From an uncultured delta proteobacterium (GTDB lineage Bacteria; Desulfobacterota; RBG-13-43-22), in NCBI GenBank assembly GCA_963790475.1, contig CAWBOS010000012.1:288001-352000 (forward strand): a stretch of 64,000 nucleotides of DNA, written 5' to 3'. The position numbers and the translations under genes were made by a program. How positions within the stretch are numbered: the stretch's first letter is position 1; every line of letters begins with the position of its first letter. A model generated the notes under the pieces. It was not told the origin of the DNA. It worked only from the letters and a program-made list of their open reading frames with translations, and did not search any database. Positions 47,910 to 58,340 of the stretch are shown one piece after another.

Positions 47910-48014
47910 CAGGGCTCTCTCTCCTTTTCCTGTTGAGATTTTTTCAGTCCTATTATATCTTTTATCAAATATTGTTTTGTTATGTCAATTTATTCAACCG
48001 AAAGGAACCGGGAT

Positions 48015-49010
48015 ATGAAAACAGAAGAATGGAACCCTGGAAAGCTTTTGGGTATTTCCGGCAATTACTGGATCGCCTGTGCCCTTCACGCCGGGGTCAA
48101 ATTGGGTATTTTCAGCCTCGTCGGTAATCAATCGCTCAGTGGACAGGAAATCGCTAATAAAGTTAATGGTGACCCAAGGGGTGTAAGCATGCTCCTGAAT
48201 GCCTTGACGGCCATGGATCTTTTAATCAAAAAGGAAGGGAGTTATTCCAACACCCCATTCAGTTCTACCTTTTTATCCAAAGAATCTCCCCAGTATATCG
48301 GTTTCATGATTATGCATCATCATCATCTGATGCCCTCCTGGGCGCAATTGGATAAGGCAGTGCTCACCGGCCAACCAATCCGGGGCCGGGCCTCTTTTGA
48401 GGATGAAACGGTTAGGGAAAGTTTCCTGATGGGCATGTTCAATATGGCCATGATGCTGGCCCCGCACCTGGCCTCGGTGATCGATCTTTCCGGCAAAAAG
48501 CATCTGCTGGACCTGGGCGGCGGTCCGGGAACATACGCTATCCATTTCTGTTTGAAAAACGCCGGACTCAAAGGCACGGTCTATGATCTTGCAACCACCC
48601 GGCCTTTCGCTGAAAAGACTATCGCCCGGTTTGGTCTGTCGGAGAGAATCACCTTTCAGGACGGGAATTATGTGCAGGAGGATATCAGGGGGACTTTCGA
48701 TGTGGCCTGGCTGTCCCAAATTCTTCACGGGGAGGGACCGGAAGAGGCCCAGCGGATAATCAAGAAGGCGGTCTCGGTCCTTGAACCGGGAGGTCAAGTT
48801 CTAATTCACGAATTCCTGTTGAACAATACCCTGGACGGCCCACTGCATCCGGCCCTGTTTTCTCTGAACATGCTTCTGGGTACGGCTCACGGCCAATCCT
48901 ATTCGGAGCAGCAGATCATGGATATGCTGGCCAGGGCCGGGGCCAGGGAAATCAGGCGCTTGCCCATGGAAACGCCCAACGATTCCGGAGTGATCCTGGG
49001 AACGGTGTAA
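48015..49010 (+). CDS. SAM-dependent O-methyltransferase with dimerisation domain
   Basis: LLDLGGGPG motif, LSQILHG, ALFSLNML. Confidence 0.9.
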   Translation: MKTEEWNPGKLLGISGNYWIACALHAGVKLGIFSLVGNQSLSGQEIANKVNGDPRGVSMLLNALTAMDLLIKKEGSYSNTPFSSTFLSKESPQYIGFMIMHHHHLMPSWAQLDKAVLTGQPIRGRASFEDETVRESFLMGMFNMAMMLAPHLASVIDLSGKKHLLDLGGGPGTYAIHFCLKNAGLKGTVYDLATTRPFAEKTIARFGLSERITFQDGNYVQEDIRGTFDVAWLSQILHGEGPEEAQRIIKKAVSVLEPGGQVLIHEFLLNNTLDGPLHPALFSLNMLLGTAHGQSYSEQQIMDMLARAGAREIRRLPMETPNDSGVILGTV

Positions 49011-49024
49011 ACAGATTGGTTATT

Positions 49025-49200
49025 TATGACAAGCATGCAAAAGTCGCCAAAGGCCCATTTTTGTCATTCCGGTGAAAACCGGAATCCAGCCTTGAAAACG
49101 ATCGGATTAAAGCAGTTATAATTCTCCTGGACCCCGGCTTTCGCCCCCGGATAAATACATTCCGGGGCAGGCTTGGTGACGACTTTTTACGAGTTCATCA
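49025..49200. repeat. REP/REPIN-like element, family A, with outer inverted repeats
   Basis: GCAAAAGTCG ... GTCATTCCGGTGAAAACCGGAATCCAG ... CTGGACCCCGGCTTTCGCC ... CGACTTTTTACGAG. Confidence 0.75.
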
Positions 49201-49209
49201 TTCATTACC

Positions 49210-49938
49210 TCAAGCGGGCTTGACGAAAATCTCCCGGCCGATGCTTTCATCCAGGGCGATGGAGGTTTCCCCGATCTGGATAATGAAAGACGGATGGCGC
49301 TGTTTGAGTTGAATGATGACACCGGGGATCACCCCAAAAGAACCCAGGGGCCCAAGGCGGCCCTTGGCCTTTGTGGAAATAAAGACTACGCGACCTTCCT
49401 GGCCCAGGGCCAGGTCATTCAAGGGGTGGATCAGGGGTTTCATCTCCCGGGTCAGTTTTTTACAGCAGTCCCCCTGGGGAATCGGCTTCCCGTGGGGGCA
49501 GACCGGAGGGTGACCCAGAAAGGAACAGACGCTGTCGGTCACCGCCGGACTGAGGATATGTTCCAGCTTGCAGGCTTCTTTTTCGGCTTCTTCCTCGGAC
49601 ATCTCGAACAGTTCCATCAACAAGCGTTCAGTCAACCGGTGCCGGCGGACGATCCCTTCGGCCAGGGCTTCTCCCTTTTCCTTGAACCGCAGAATATCTC
49701 CATCCATTTCAAAAAGGCCTTCCCTCATCATATGATTCAAAACGGCCCTGGCCTCCGGATCCGAGGTGTTCTGAAGCAGACTGTGGATATCGGTGACCCC
49801 TTTTTCCCGGAGGGTCCAGATCAATTCCAGCAGTTCATCGATGCTTTCCTCCTGGGTTCTGGCCAAGCGGCCGTTATTCCAGGGATGGCCGGTGTGATCT
49901 CCGGAATTGTTGGTTGGATGTTCAGGGTTGGAGTTCAT
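49210..49938 (-). CDS. DtxR/MntR-family metal-dependent regulator with C-terminal FeoA domain
   Basis: VRRHRLTERLL, EACKLEHILS, LGHPPVCPHGKPIP, FeoA-like C-terminus. Confidence 0.9.
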   Translation of the reverse strand: MNSNPEHPTNNSGDHTGHPWNNGRLARTQEESIDELLELIWTLREKGVTDIHSLLQNTSDPEARAVLNHMMREGLFEMDGDILRFKEKGEALAEGIVRRHRLTERLLMELFEMSEEEAEKEACKLEHILSPAVTDSVCSFLGHPPVCPHGKPIPQGDCCKKLTREMKPLIHPLNDLALGQEGRVVFISTKAKGRLGPLGSFGVIPGVIIQLKQRHPSFIIQIGETSIALDESIGREIFVKPA

Positions 49939-50131
49939 TTTTTCCCCTCTTCTTTAAAAGATTTTTGATAAATTCGACGGTTCGGGAGCCTCTGGGAAAA
50001 CTGTAGCCGCAGTTGGGACAGCAGACCAGGTTGCAATGGCGGCTCATGGGACAGGACGAGGGACAGGAATGTCCGTCCAAAAGAAAGACCTGGCCGCACA
50101 AGGCGCATTTATATTTTAATTCCTCTTTCAT
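49922..50131 (-). CDS. Small Cys-rich protein in the feo operon (possible Fe-S/Zn-binding, FeoC-analogous)
   Basis: 69 aa with CALC, CPSSCP..C and CCPNCGY; ATG overlaps the feoB stop (TGATG). Confidence 0.75.
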   Translation of the reverse strand: MKEELKYKCALCGQVFLLDGHSCPSSCPMSRHCNLVCCPNCGYSFPRGSRTVEFIKNLLKKRGKNELQP

Positions 50132-52096
50132 CAAAACCAGACCTTTAAGACCCAATTCACCAATCCGCCCATTAACAGGGCGATAAAGATAACCACCCCG
50201 ACAATGGCCAAGGCCGTTTTCCAACCTCGTTCCTTGATAATTACAAAAAAGTTGGCAATACAGGGGACAAAAAGGGTGATGGTCACCAGGGCCACCAAAA
50301 TCTGATTATGGGTCAGCAGCCCTTTCTGGGCCAGGGCGAAAAAACCGGCCGCCCCGTAATCCCGCCGTAAGAACCCGATGATAAAGGAAGAGGTGGATTC
50401 GACCGGCAGACCCAGCCAGTTGACCACCAGCGGTCGGCCCCATCGTTCCAGGGAAGACAAGGCTCCGCTTTTATCCAGGGTAAAGAGGATCAAGGTCCCT
50501 AAAATGAACAGGGGAACGGCTTCCTGAAGATACCATTCGATGCGCGACAGGGTCTTAATCAAAATGTTTTTCAACTGGGGCCAGCGCAAGGGCGGGAGTT
50601 CCAGGATAAAACTGGCACACTCCCCGGGGATCAGTTTCCCGGCCAGGAAACCCACCAGGACGACCACCCCGAAGACGATCACCGCCCAGGAAATAAAGAT
50701 CCAGGCCGGGAATTTGGCCAGCATCCCGAAAACGACCGCCAATTGGGCCGAGCAGGGGACCCCCAGGGCCAGAAGCAGGGTAACGATGATCTTATCTTTG
50801 CGGCTCTCTAAAATCCTGGTGGTCATGGTGGCCATGGTATCACACCCCAGACCCAGGATCATGGGTAAAACGGCCTTGCCGTTAAGCCCCATGATTTTGA
50901 AAATCCGGTTGCTCATCACCGCCAGCCTCGGCAGGTAACCGGAGTCTTCCAGAAAGCCGAAGATAAGAAAAAAGAAACCGACAATCGGAAGAATCAAGGC
51001 CAGGGCATAGGTCAGGGCCATGGTGAAAATTCCGTAAGGTCCGACCAGAAGGTCCTGGATTATAGGGAATGGAATGCCCCACTTGATCCATCGGGTCAGA
51101 AAGGGATTGATATATCCCCCAAAGACCGTTTTTTCCATAAACCCTACGGAGATGTCGGCCCCCAGGACTCCAATGATTTCATAAGAAAGAAACAAGACCG
51201 CCAACATCCAGACGAATCCCAGGACCCGATGGGTGGACCATTCACCCAGCCGCCGGCCCCAGCCTTGAACGATGTTTTCCCTTTGGGTTTGAATGGAAAG
51301 AAGCAGTTGATCGATCTTTTCCAGGCGCTCGATATTGATCCGGTAGCCCAGAGGTTCTTGAAAATTTTTCCGGTATTGCGAACAATGGTCCTCGATCCGG
51401 GCCAGTTCCTGGGGGGTCAACCTTTCCTCCAGCCAAGCCCGGAGGCTCTCATCCCCGGCCAGAAGCATCAGGGCCAGGGACCTGCCGCTGATCGGGGCCG
51501 AAGGGAGCAGGGGGAGAAGGCAGGCGATCCCTGCTTCAATGCCTTCGGAATACTGAAAAGAGAAGGTGGATCTGGGAGAATCCTTCAAGGCCGGGGAAAG
51601 CTGCTCCAAACCTTTTTTTCGCGTGGCAATTGCGGCAATGACCGGCAGTCCGAAAAGTTTGTTTAATGGCTTTCAGGTTGATCTCCATCCCCCGGCTTTT
51701 GGCCTCATCCATCATATTCAAGACCAAAACCAGGGGCAGTCCCATCTCGATCAATTGCAGGGCGATCAACAGACCCCGGCGCAGATTTTTGGCATCCAGG
51801 ACATTGATTATCCGGTAGTCGTTTTCGGACAGAAGGATGTCCCGGGTAACTTTTTCATCCTCCGAATTGGGAATCAGATTATTCACTCCCGGTGTATCCA
51901 GAACGGTATAAGAAAATTCGCCGCTTTTGGCCGTACCGGATGAGACTTCCACGGTGGTACCGGGATAATTGGAGACCACCCGGTAACTTCCGGTCAGGTA
52001 ATTGAAGATGACGCTTTTCCCCACATTCGGATTACCGACCAGAATCACCTTGGTCGGGCTTGAAGTTTTCGAGGTATTCAATGGTTCCTGCTTCAT
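50131..52096 (-). CDS. feoB: Ferrous iron transporter FeoB, split by a one-base frameshift near 51658-51660
   Basis: GNPNVGKS, NYPGTTV, DTPG, NMMD GTPase motifs, then LEDSGYLPR, GLGC, PCSAQ, ELPP; frames join as AIKQ-LFGLPVIAAIA if one A is removed. Confidence 0.9.
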
Positions 52097-52542
52097 TTCC
52101 TTTTTGATTTCTTTTCCTGCTTTTTGGAGCACGCCAGACAGTAGCCGTACAGTTCCAGGATATGGTGGGTGATGAAAAAATCATGTTCCCGGGCCACGTC
52201 CTCCTGCAGGGTCTCTATGTTTCTATTCTCAAATTCCATGATCTTTCCGCATCCAAGACAGATAAGATGATCGTGATGCTGTCCCAGTCGGGCCGGCTCA
52301 AAGGTGCTCATCTGACGGTTAAATTTCCTTTCCACCGCCAGGCCGCATTCAGTCAGAAGCTTAAGAGTCCGGTAAACGGTTGTCAGACCCACCCGCGGAT
52401 CTTTTTTGCGGACCTGGTATAGAAGAGCCTCGGCTGAAGTGTGCTCTTTTTGAGATAGAAAGGTTTCGACCACCTGGTCCCTTGGCCCGGACTGGCGCAA
52501 TCCCCGGCTTTTTAGAAAGTGAGTTAAAACCGATCGTTCCAT
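52093..52542 (-). CDS. fur: Ferric uptake regulator family protein
   Basis: HTSAE, TTVYRTLKLL, HHDHLICLGCG, LYGYC..C motifs. Confidence 0.93.
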   Translation of the reverse strand: MERSVLTHFLKSRGLRQSGPRDQVVETFLSQKEHTSAEALLYQVRKKDPRVGLTTVYRTLKLLTECGLAVERKFNRQMSTFEPARLGQHHDHLICLGCGKIMEFENRNIETLQEDVAREHDFFITHHILELYGYCLACSKKQEKKSKRK

Positions 52543-52552
52543 GACGGTTCCC

Positions 52553-52606
52553 TTATAATGAAAATGATTTTCATTATCATTATAATCATTTTTTGCACCC
52601 TGTCAA
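52553..52606 (-). promoter_or_regulatory. Fur box array overlapping the fur-feoB promoter
   Basis: ATAATGAAAATGATTTTCATTATCATTATAATCATT resembles overlapping GATAATGATAATCATTATC boxes; minus-strand TTGACA (52606-52601), 16 nt, TATAAT (52584-52579). Confidence 0.85.
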
Positions 52607-52843
52607 ACAAAAAAATCCTTCGATGGGATAGAGGGACTCGAAGTAGGCGCTCGGTCAATGACCCGAGTCAGAGGTTTTTCAGCGGGGGAGGATTGAAATG
52701 AAATTCCTTAAAGGGGGAAAAGGGTTATCGGTTATGTTTTTATTTTATTAGAACGGCAATAAAATATATAAAATTGTAATTGTTAAAAAAACGAGAATTC
52801 ATCAAAGATGATCTCGGAAAAAAATCACGGAAAGCCTATCCTT

Positions 52844-52921
52844 GTCATTCCGACGAAAGTCGGAATCCAGGAACTTTAACAAGTAATAAAACTCCTGGAC
52901 CCCGGTTTTCCCCGGGGTGAC
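52844..52921. repeat. REP/REPIN-like element, family A
   Basis: GTCATTCCGACGAAAGTCGGAATCCAG ... CTGGACCCCGGTTTTCCCCGGGGTGAC. Confidence 0.8.
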
Positions 52922-53111
52922 GAGATACTACGAGACTGTCAGTAACAACGTAATCACGAAATTAAACTTCCTGAAGTTTCGATCCGAACTTATTTAAAAC
53001 TTTATTTGTCGGAGTAATAACATGAAAATTGAGCCCATCCCTCTTCAAACTAATTTTGTTTAGGTCACTTATTAAAGAGGGAAAAATATGACATAAAATT
53101 GGATTTAGGAC

Positions 53112-54659
53112 TCAAATCCTTCTCTCATGCCCCTTCCAGTATCTTTCTTTGAGAAGCCGTTTTAAAAGTTTCCCGGTGGGGGTTCGCGGGAGCTCTTTTT
53201 CAAAATCGATGCTCACGGGGCATTTTATTTTTGCCAGATGCTGCTGACAGTAGTGGATCAGTTCCGCTTCGAGTTCCGGTCCCGCTGCGGCCGGGTCGCT
53301 GATCTGAACCACACCTTTAACTTCCTCCCCGAACTCTTCGTTGGGTACGCCCAACACCGCTACGTCCATGACCATGGGATGGGTAATGAGGATGTTTTCG
53401 GCTTCCTGGGGGTAGATGTTGACTCCTCCGGAGATGATCATGTTGGTTTTTCTGTCCGTTAAATAAAGGTATCCCTCTTCATCCAGGTAGCCCACATCAT
53501 TGAGGGTAGTCCACCCTTTCTCGTTCCTGGAAGCCGCGGTCTTTTCCGGGTCGTTGTGATATTCGAATTCCCGGCCCTCAGAAAAATAGATGGTCCCGAC
53601 TTCACCGGGGGGAAGTTCGTTTCCCTGTTCATCCAGGATGTGGGGAATTCCGATGATGGGCAGCCCCACGGTTCCCTTGTGAGCCAGCCAATCCTGGGAG
53701 TTGACGGCGGAAAGCCCGTTTCCCTCGGTCCCCGCGTAGTATTCGACCAGGATGGGCCCCCACCAATCGATCATCTGCTCTTTTACCTGGATTGAAATAG
53801 GAGCTGCGGCATGAATGGCAACTTGGTGGGAGGAAAGGTCATACCGGGTCCTTTCCTCCTCGGGAAGTCTAAGCATGCGGACAAACATAGTCGGTACCCA
53901 CTGACTATGGGTGACTTTGTATTTTTCAATGAGTTTCAGACACTGGAGGGCATCAAATCGATCCATGATGATGGCTGTCCCGCCGCTCCGGATCGTAATC
54001 AGAACAAATCTCAGAGGGGCCGCGTGGTAGAGGGGGGCCGGGGAAAGATAAACGACCTCTTCATTAAACCCGAAAAGGAGAATCAGTCCCAGTGTTGCGG
54101 CCGGAAATTCTCCGTATGGGATATCTTCCAATTCAGCCTTGACCCCCTTGGGTCGGCCCGTTGTCCCGGATGAATAAAGCATGTCCCTGCCCGTAGCTTG
54201 ATCGGGTATGGGGTCAACGGAGTAACCCTGAACTTTTTTTTCATAAGACTCGAACCCTTCCCTGGTTCCTCCGACCATGAACCGGATTACCTTTTCCGGA
54301 ATTTTTCCGATAAGCTCGGAGGCCACTTCACTCATGGTCATGGAGGTAAAAATGACCTTGGCCCCACTGTCGTTGATGATGTACTCAATCTCCGACCGGG
54401 TCAGATGGGTGCTGATGGCGGTGTAAAAAAGCCCCGAACGGGCCGCGGCAGCGCAGATCTCCAGAAACTGGCGGTTGTTTTCCATGAAAATGGAAATATT
54501 ATCACCGGATTTCAGTCCCAGGTCTCGAAGCATATGGGCGCATTGGTTGGACCGTTGTTCGAGCTGAAGTCGAGTGACAATCTCCCCGGTTGAAGCCATA
54601 ATGTAAGCCGGCTTGTCGGGCTTCTCCTTAACCATCTCCCATGGGTGCTTGATTTCCAT
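53112..54659 (-). CDS. Acyl-CoA synthetase (AMP-forming)
   Basis: MLYSSGTTGRPKG, EYYAGTEG, DVGYLD, DRKTNMIISGGVNIYP, PRTPTGKL motifs. Confidence 0.93.
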   Translation of the reverse strand: MEIKHPWEMVKEKPDKPAYIMASTGEIVTRLQLEQRSNQCAHMLRDLGLKSGDNISIFMENNRQFLEICAAAARSGLFYTAISTHLTRSEIEYIINDSGAKVIFTSMTMSEVASELIGKIPEKVIRFMVGGTREGFESYEKKVQGYSVDPIPDQATGRDMLYSSGTTGRPKGVKAELEDIPYGEFPAATLGLILLFGFNEEVVYLSPAPLYHAAPLRFVLITIRSGGTAIIMDRFDALQCLKLIEKYKVTHSQWVPTMFVRMLRLPEEERTRYDLSSHQVAIHAAAPISIQVKEQMIDWWGPILVEYYAGTEGNGLSAVNSQDWLAHKGTVGLPIIGIPHILDEQGNELPPGEVGTIYFSEGREFEYHNDPEKTAASRNEKGWTTLNDVGYLDEEGYLYLTDRKTNMIISGGVNIYPQEAENILITHPMVMDVAVLGVPNEEFGEEVKGVVQISDPAAAGPELEAELIHYCQQHLAKIKCPVSIDFEKELPRTPTGKLLKRLLKERYWKGHERRI

Positions 54660-54908
54660 CGGTTCCTGCTCCTTCAAAGGTTAATATCTATCCTGTTGGT
54701 TTGATATTTCAAAGAAGTACAAGCGTGTCGAGGGTCTTTCCCCTCCGCTCTCCCGGCCTTCCTTTAGACCGCTTCAACTGCTCGGCCGAAGCGCTCCAAA
54801 TCCTCTCTACCGTGACCCTAGCCCTTCTACCACGTTACACCCGAGAGTGCTTTGACAAACAGGGCAGTTCTTCGTTCAACTGGTCGATCCGGAAGGCCCT
54901 TCTGGAGC

Positions 54909-56058
54909 TCAGGAATCCGAAAACCAGCTTCCGGCGATTCTATCCAGATGGAACCGGGTGTCCCCACCAATCGACAGGTTAGCCTGGGTTCTTAAATGAT
55001 ATAGCCCGATGTCCAGTTCCTCAGTGAATCCAATGGCCCCATGGAGTTTCATGCCGTCGATGCAGGTTCTCTGATAGACCTGGTTGGCCTTGGCCTTGGC
55101 CATGGAGATCAATGGGGCAGACGGGAAAGGCCGGCAACCCGGCGTCAACCCTCCAGGCCGCCTCGTACACCAGATAGCGCAACCCTTGCAGGTCATTGAA
55201 AAGCTCGACGAGGTTATGCTGAACGGCCTGAAAGGACCCGATGGCCGAACCGAACTGGATCCTTTGTTTCGAATATTCGATGGTCATCTCCAGGACGGCC
55301 TGGGCTCCTCCCAACATCTCGGCACTTTTCAGGAGGGCGGTCCTTTGATGGATGAGTTCCACCACGGGCCATCCTTTATTAAGTTCTCCCAGAATGTTGT
55401 CTTTGGGTACGCTCACCTGGGAGAAACGAATTTCACACTGTTTATCCTTGGCTGTGGTGGGGAGAAGGTTAATCTCGACACCTCGGCTTCCAGCGTCGAC
55501 AACGAACACGGTGATGCCTTCCTGGGGATTCGCTCCCTCGCTTGTCCGGGCAACAACGAGGAAAGTATCAGCCACGTGAGCGTAGGGAACGAAAAGCTTG
55601 ATCCCGTTGAGTAGATAGGTGTCTCTCTCAGGTTTTGCCACCAACCCGATGCCCGAGGCTTCGTTGGTCCCCCCTTCCTCGGTCAAGGCCAGAGACCACA
55701 AGGCCTGGCCGCTGGCCATTGGCGGCAGATATTTTTCTTTTTGTTCCGTGGTGCCGAAAGCCAGGATCGGGAAGGCACAAGCCGCGATGGTGGAGAAAAA
55801 CGGACCGGGCAGCAGACCCCGGCCCATTTCTTCCATCACCAGGGCCAGATCGATCATCCCGCCCCCCACACCGTCATATTCTTCGGGCAGGGCCAGACCC
55901 ATCCATCCCAGGTCGGCCATTTTTCGCCACATCCCCGGATCGTATCCTTTTTCCCCCAGGTTCAGCTCCCGCACCAGGTTCCGGGGACATTCGTTCTCTA
56001 TAAACTTCCTGGCCGAACTTTTGATCAACTCCTGGTCACTTGAAAGACTAAAGTCCAT
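54909..56058 (-). CDS. Acyl-CoA dehydrogenase partner subunit, frameshifted near 55121-55135
   Basis: MDFSLSSDQ start and RIQFGSAIGSFQAVQH; the C-terminus ISMAKAK...LHGAIGFTEELDIGLY is in another frame after an apparent ~10-nt insertion. Confidence 0.8.
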
Positions 56059-56071
56059 AGCAGGTCTCCTT

Positions 56072-57271
56072 TTAATAGGATCTCGGCAAACCAAGGCCGA
56101 ATTGTCCGATGATATTTTTCTGGGTGAACTCGGTTCCGGCGGCTGAACTCATTCCGATGAGATTCCAATAGAGGCTGCGCACGCCTCCCAAATCCTGAAA
56201 CCACTTTAAGGCCCGGCCGGACCGATGAAGCTGTGAAAAAGGCCCCAGGATATCCATACCGACAGTGGACAGGCGTTTGAGAATCTCATCGTTTAACACC
56301 TTGTCCCGGGAAGGCTCAAAGGTCGGGGCCTTGCCCTGAGACATTTTCCAGATCGTCTCGTAGGCCAGCAGACGTTGTATTTCGATGTCGATGGCCACCT
56401 GGGCCAACTCCTGCCGAAGTTCAGACTTGTCCATCAACCCTTTGCCGTCGGCATACCTGACCAGCTCTTCCAAGACCCGCTTATTGTGACCATAGGACCC
56501 GGCCGCCACGCCGCCTCGCTCATAACCCAGGGAGCGCATGAGCTGGTACCAGCCCCGATTCTCCTCCCCGACCAGGTTTTGGACCGGGACCCTTACGTCG
56601 TCGAAAAAGACCTCATTGAAGTGATGATTGCCGATATAATTCATAATGGGGCGCACCGTCACCCCCGGGCTCTTCATATCGACGATGATGATGCTGATGC
56701 CCTCGTGTCTGTTTCGGGTGTTCGGATCGGTCCGTACCGCCAGCCAGCACCACCGGGCCCGATGGGCCGCGCTGGTCCATATTTTTTGTCCGTTGATCAC
56801 ATACTCGTCTCCGGCCCGAAGGGCCTGGGTACGGAGATTGGCGAAATCACTGCCGGCATTCGGTTCGCTGTATCCCGTACACCAGACACCGTCCGGATCG
56901 CCCGAGGCGATGAGCGGCATGTATTTTCGTCTTTGTTCTTCGGTCCCGAACAGGATCAGCGACGGACCCACCCAGGACACCCCGCTCACTCCCATGCCCG
57001 TTCCCGGGATCCCCCAATAGCCCACCTCCTCGGCGTAGACCAGGGCCTTCCAGGCCGAGGCTCCCTGCCCCCCATACTCCCGCGGCCAGGTCATAGTCAG
57101 CCACCCTTTTTCGGAGAGCTTCTTGGAGATGGACATAATAAAGGCCCACCCCTCCTCGCCTTCTCCCTCTTCAAACATACCCAGGGCCCAGTCCGACGGC
57201 AATTCTGCTTTCACGAAGTCCCGGATCTCTTTCCGAAACCGTTCTTCCTCCTCGCCAAATTGAAATTCCAT
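56072..57271 (-). CDS. Acyl-CoA dehydrogenase, catalytic-type subunit of a probable heteromeric pair
   Basis: GYSEPNAGSD, INGQKIWTS, FNEVFFDDV, AAGT motifs. Confidence 0.92.
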   Translation of the reverse strand: MEFQFGEEEERFRKEIRDFVKAELPSDWALGMFEEGEGEEGWAFIMSISKKLSEKGWLTMTWPREYGGQGASAWKALVYAEEVGYWGIPGTGMGVSGVSWVGPSLILFGTEEQRRKYMPLIASGDPDGVWCTGYSEPNAGSDFANLRTQALRAGDEYVINGQKIWTSAAHRARWCWLAVRTDPNTRNRHEGISIIIVDMKSPGVTVRPIMNYIGNHHFNEVFFDDVRVPVQNLVGEENRGWYQLMRSLGYERGGVAAGSYGHNKRVLEELVRYADGKGLMDKSELRQELAQVAIDIEIQRLLAYETIWKMSQGKAPTFEPSRDKVLNDEILKRLSTVGMDILGPFSQLHRSGRALKWFQDLGGVRSLYWNLIGMSSAAGTEFTQKNIIGQFGLGLPRSY

Positions 57272-57402
57272 CTAATAAACACCTCCTTCATGATTGATAA
57301 GATGATGTGGCGGATACCTTTTCAGAGTTCTCGAGTCGCCACCCAAAATCACCTTGGTTATTTCCCAAACAAATTATTCTGGATATACTCCCGAATCGGC
57401 TG

Positions 57403-58119
57403 TCATTCCTCTTTCAAATTCGTGCTTTTTACGACCGGCGGATTCCAGCCGACGACTGATCCGCTTTTGATTTTTGATAAATAAGGCGAAACCGTAGTGT
57501 CCGGAAGCGTTCTGACATTATCCTCAATCTTTATCGGGCCGATCCCCGTCCCCGCGCCCAAAGTACAATTGTTACCGATTTCAACGAGTCCATACCGGAA
57601 TTTTCCCGCGCCTTCATAGCCATGAACAGTAAGCCGGCTGAAGGCGCCTAATAAGGTATTTTCACCAATAAAGATAAGCTCCGGGCGGAAATGGTCCAGC
57701 CAGACCATCTGCATAATCTCGGTGCCTTTTCCGATATGAACACCCATCCAACGATAGATTTTATTTTTACGCGGGGTCCCTTTCAGAAAAAACATAATGG
57801 CGATCAAAAACAATAATCGTATCCTCCGCCCGAGAGGGAGATTGAGGGCCCTCCAATTAACGGCATTGGGTTCTTCCTGAGACCCTAAACCGGAAATGGT
57901 GTAATGCCTTCGAACGGGGGATAAAAATTTCTCTAAATTGATTTTTCCTTCCTTAGTCTTTGGATTTAGGGTCTGAACGTCAACCCCTTCTCCCCCGGAG
58001 GTTTTGCTGATAAAGATGGAACGGTTCTTTCGGGTAGCAAATTTTAGGGCCCGTTCAATAATCTCGGTGGTCACCATGGCCATGACCTCTTCGGGGGTTT
58101 TGTCTCGATACTTTCTCAT
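57403..58119 (-). CDS. Hexapeptide-repeat (left-handed beta-helix) acyltransferase-like protein
   Basis: GVHIGKGTEI, IFIGENTLLG, VEIGNNCTLGAG repeats. Confidence 0.65.
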   Translation of the reverse strand: MRKYRDKTPEEVMAMVTTEIIERALKFATRKNRSIFISKTSGGEGVDVQTLNPKTKEGKINLEKFLSPVRRHYTISGLGSQEEPNAVNWRALNLPLGRRIRLLFLIAIMFFLKGTPRKNKIYRWMGVHIGKGTEIMQMVWLDHFRPELIFIGENTLLGAFSRLTVHGYEGAGKFRYGLVEIGNNCTLGAGTGIGPIKIEDNVRTLPDTTVSPYLSKIKSGSVVGWNPPVVKSTNLKEE

Positions 58120-58340
58120 TCGGGACCAGCCGGTTGGCATTCAAAGGATCGGAGAGGCAGTCTCCTAAATTTTTTCACTGGATTCCTTTTCCGGCCCACT
58201 GGACAGGCAGGGTTTCCTAAGCATTATCAGCCAGACTGATTTTTTCCAGGGGGAATTCAGCCCGGCCTTCCCGGGTGTTTAGGCTTACATCCTGCGTTAA
58301 AGAATTTTCCTTCTTTAGATATATGGTGAGGTTCATTGGC

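Noticed and set aside
54680-54908. Possible small gene or remnant between the acyl-CoA synthetase and the ACAD
   Set aside because: No ORF with a convincing start, RBS or motif; it cannot be supported.
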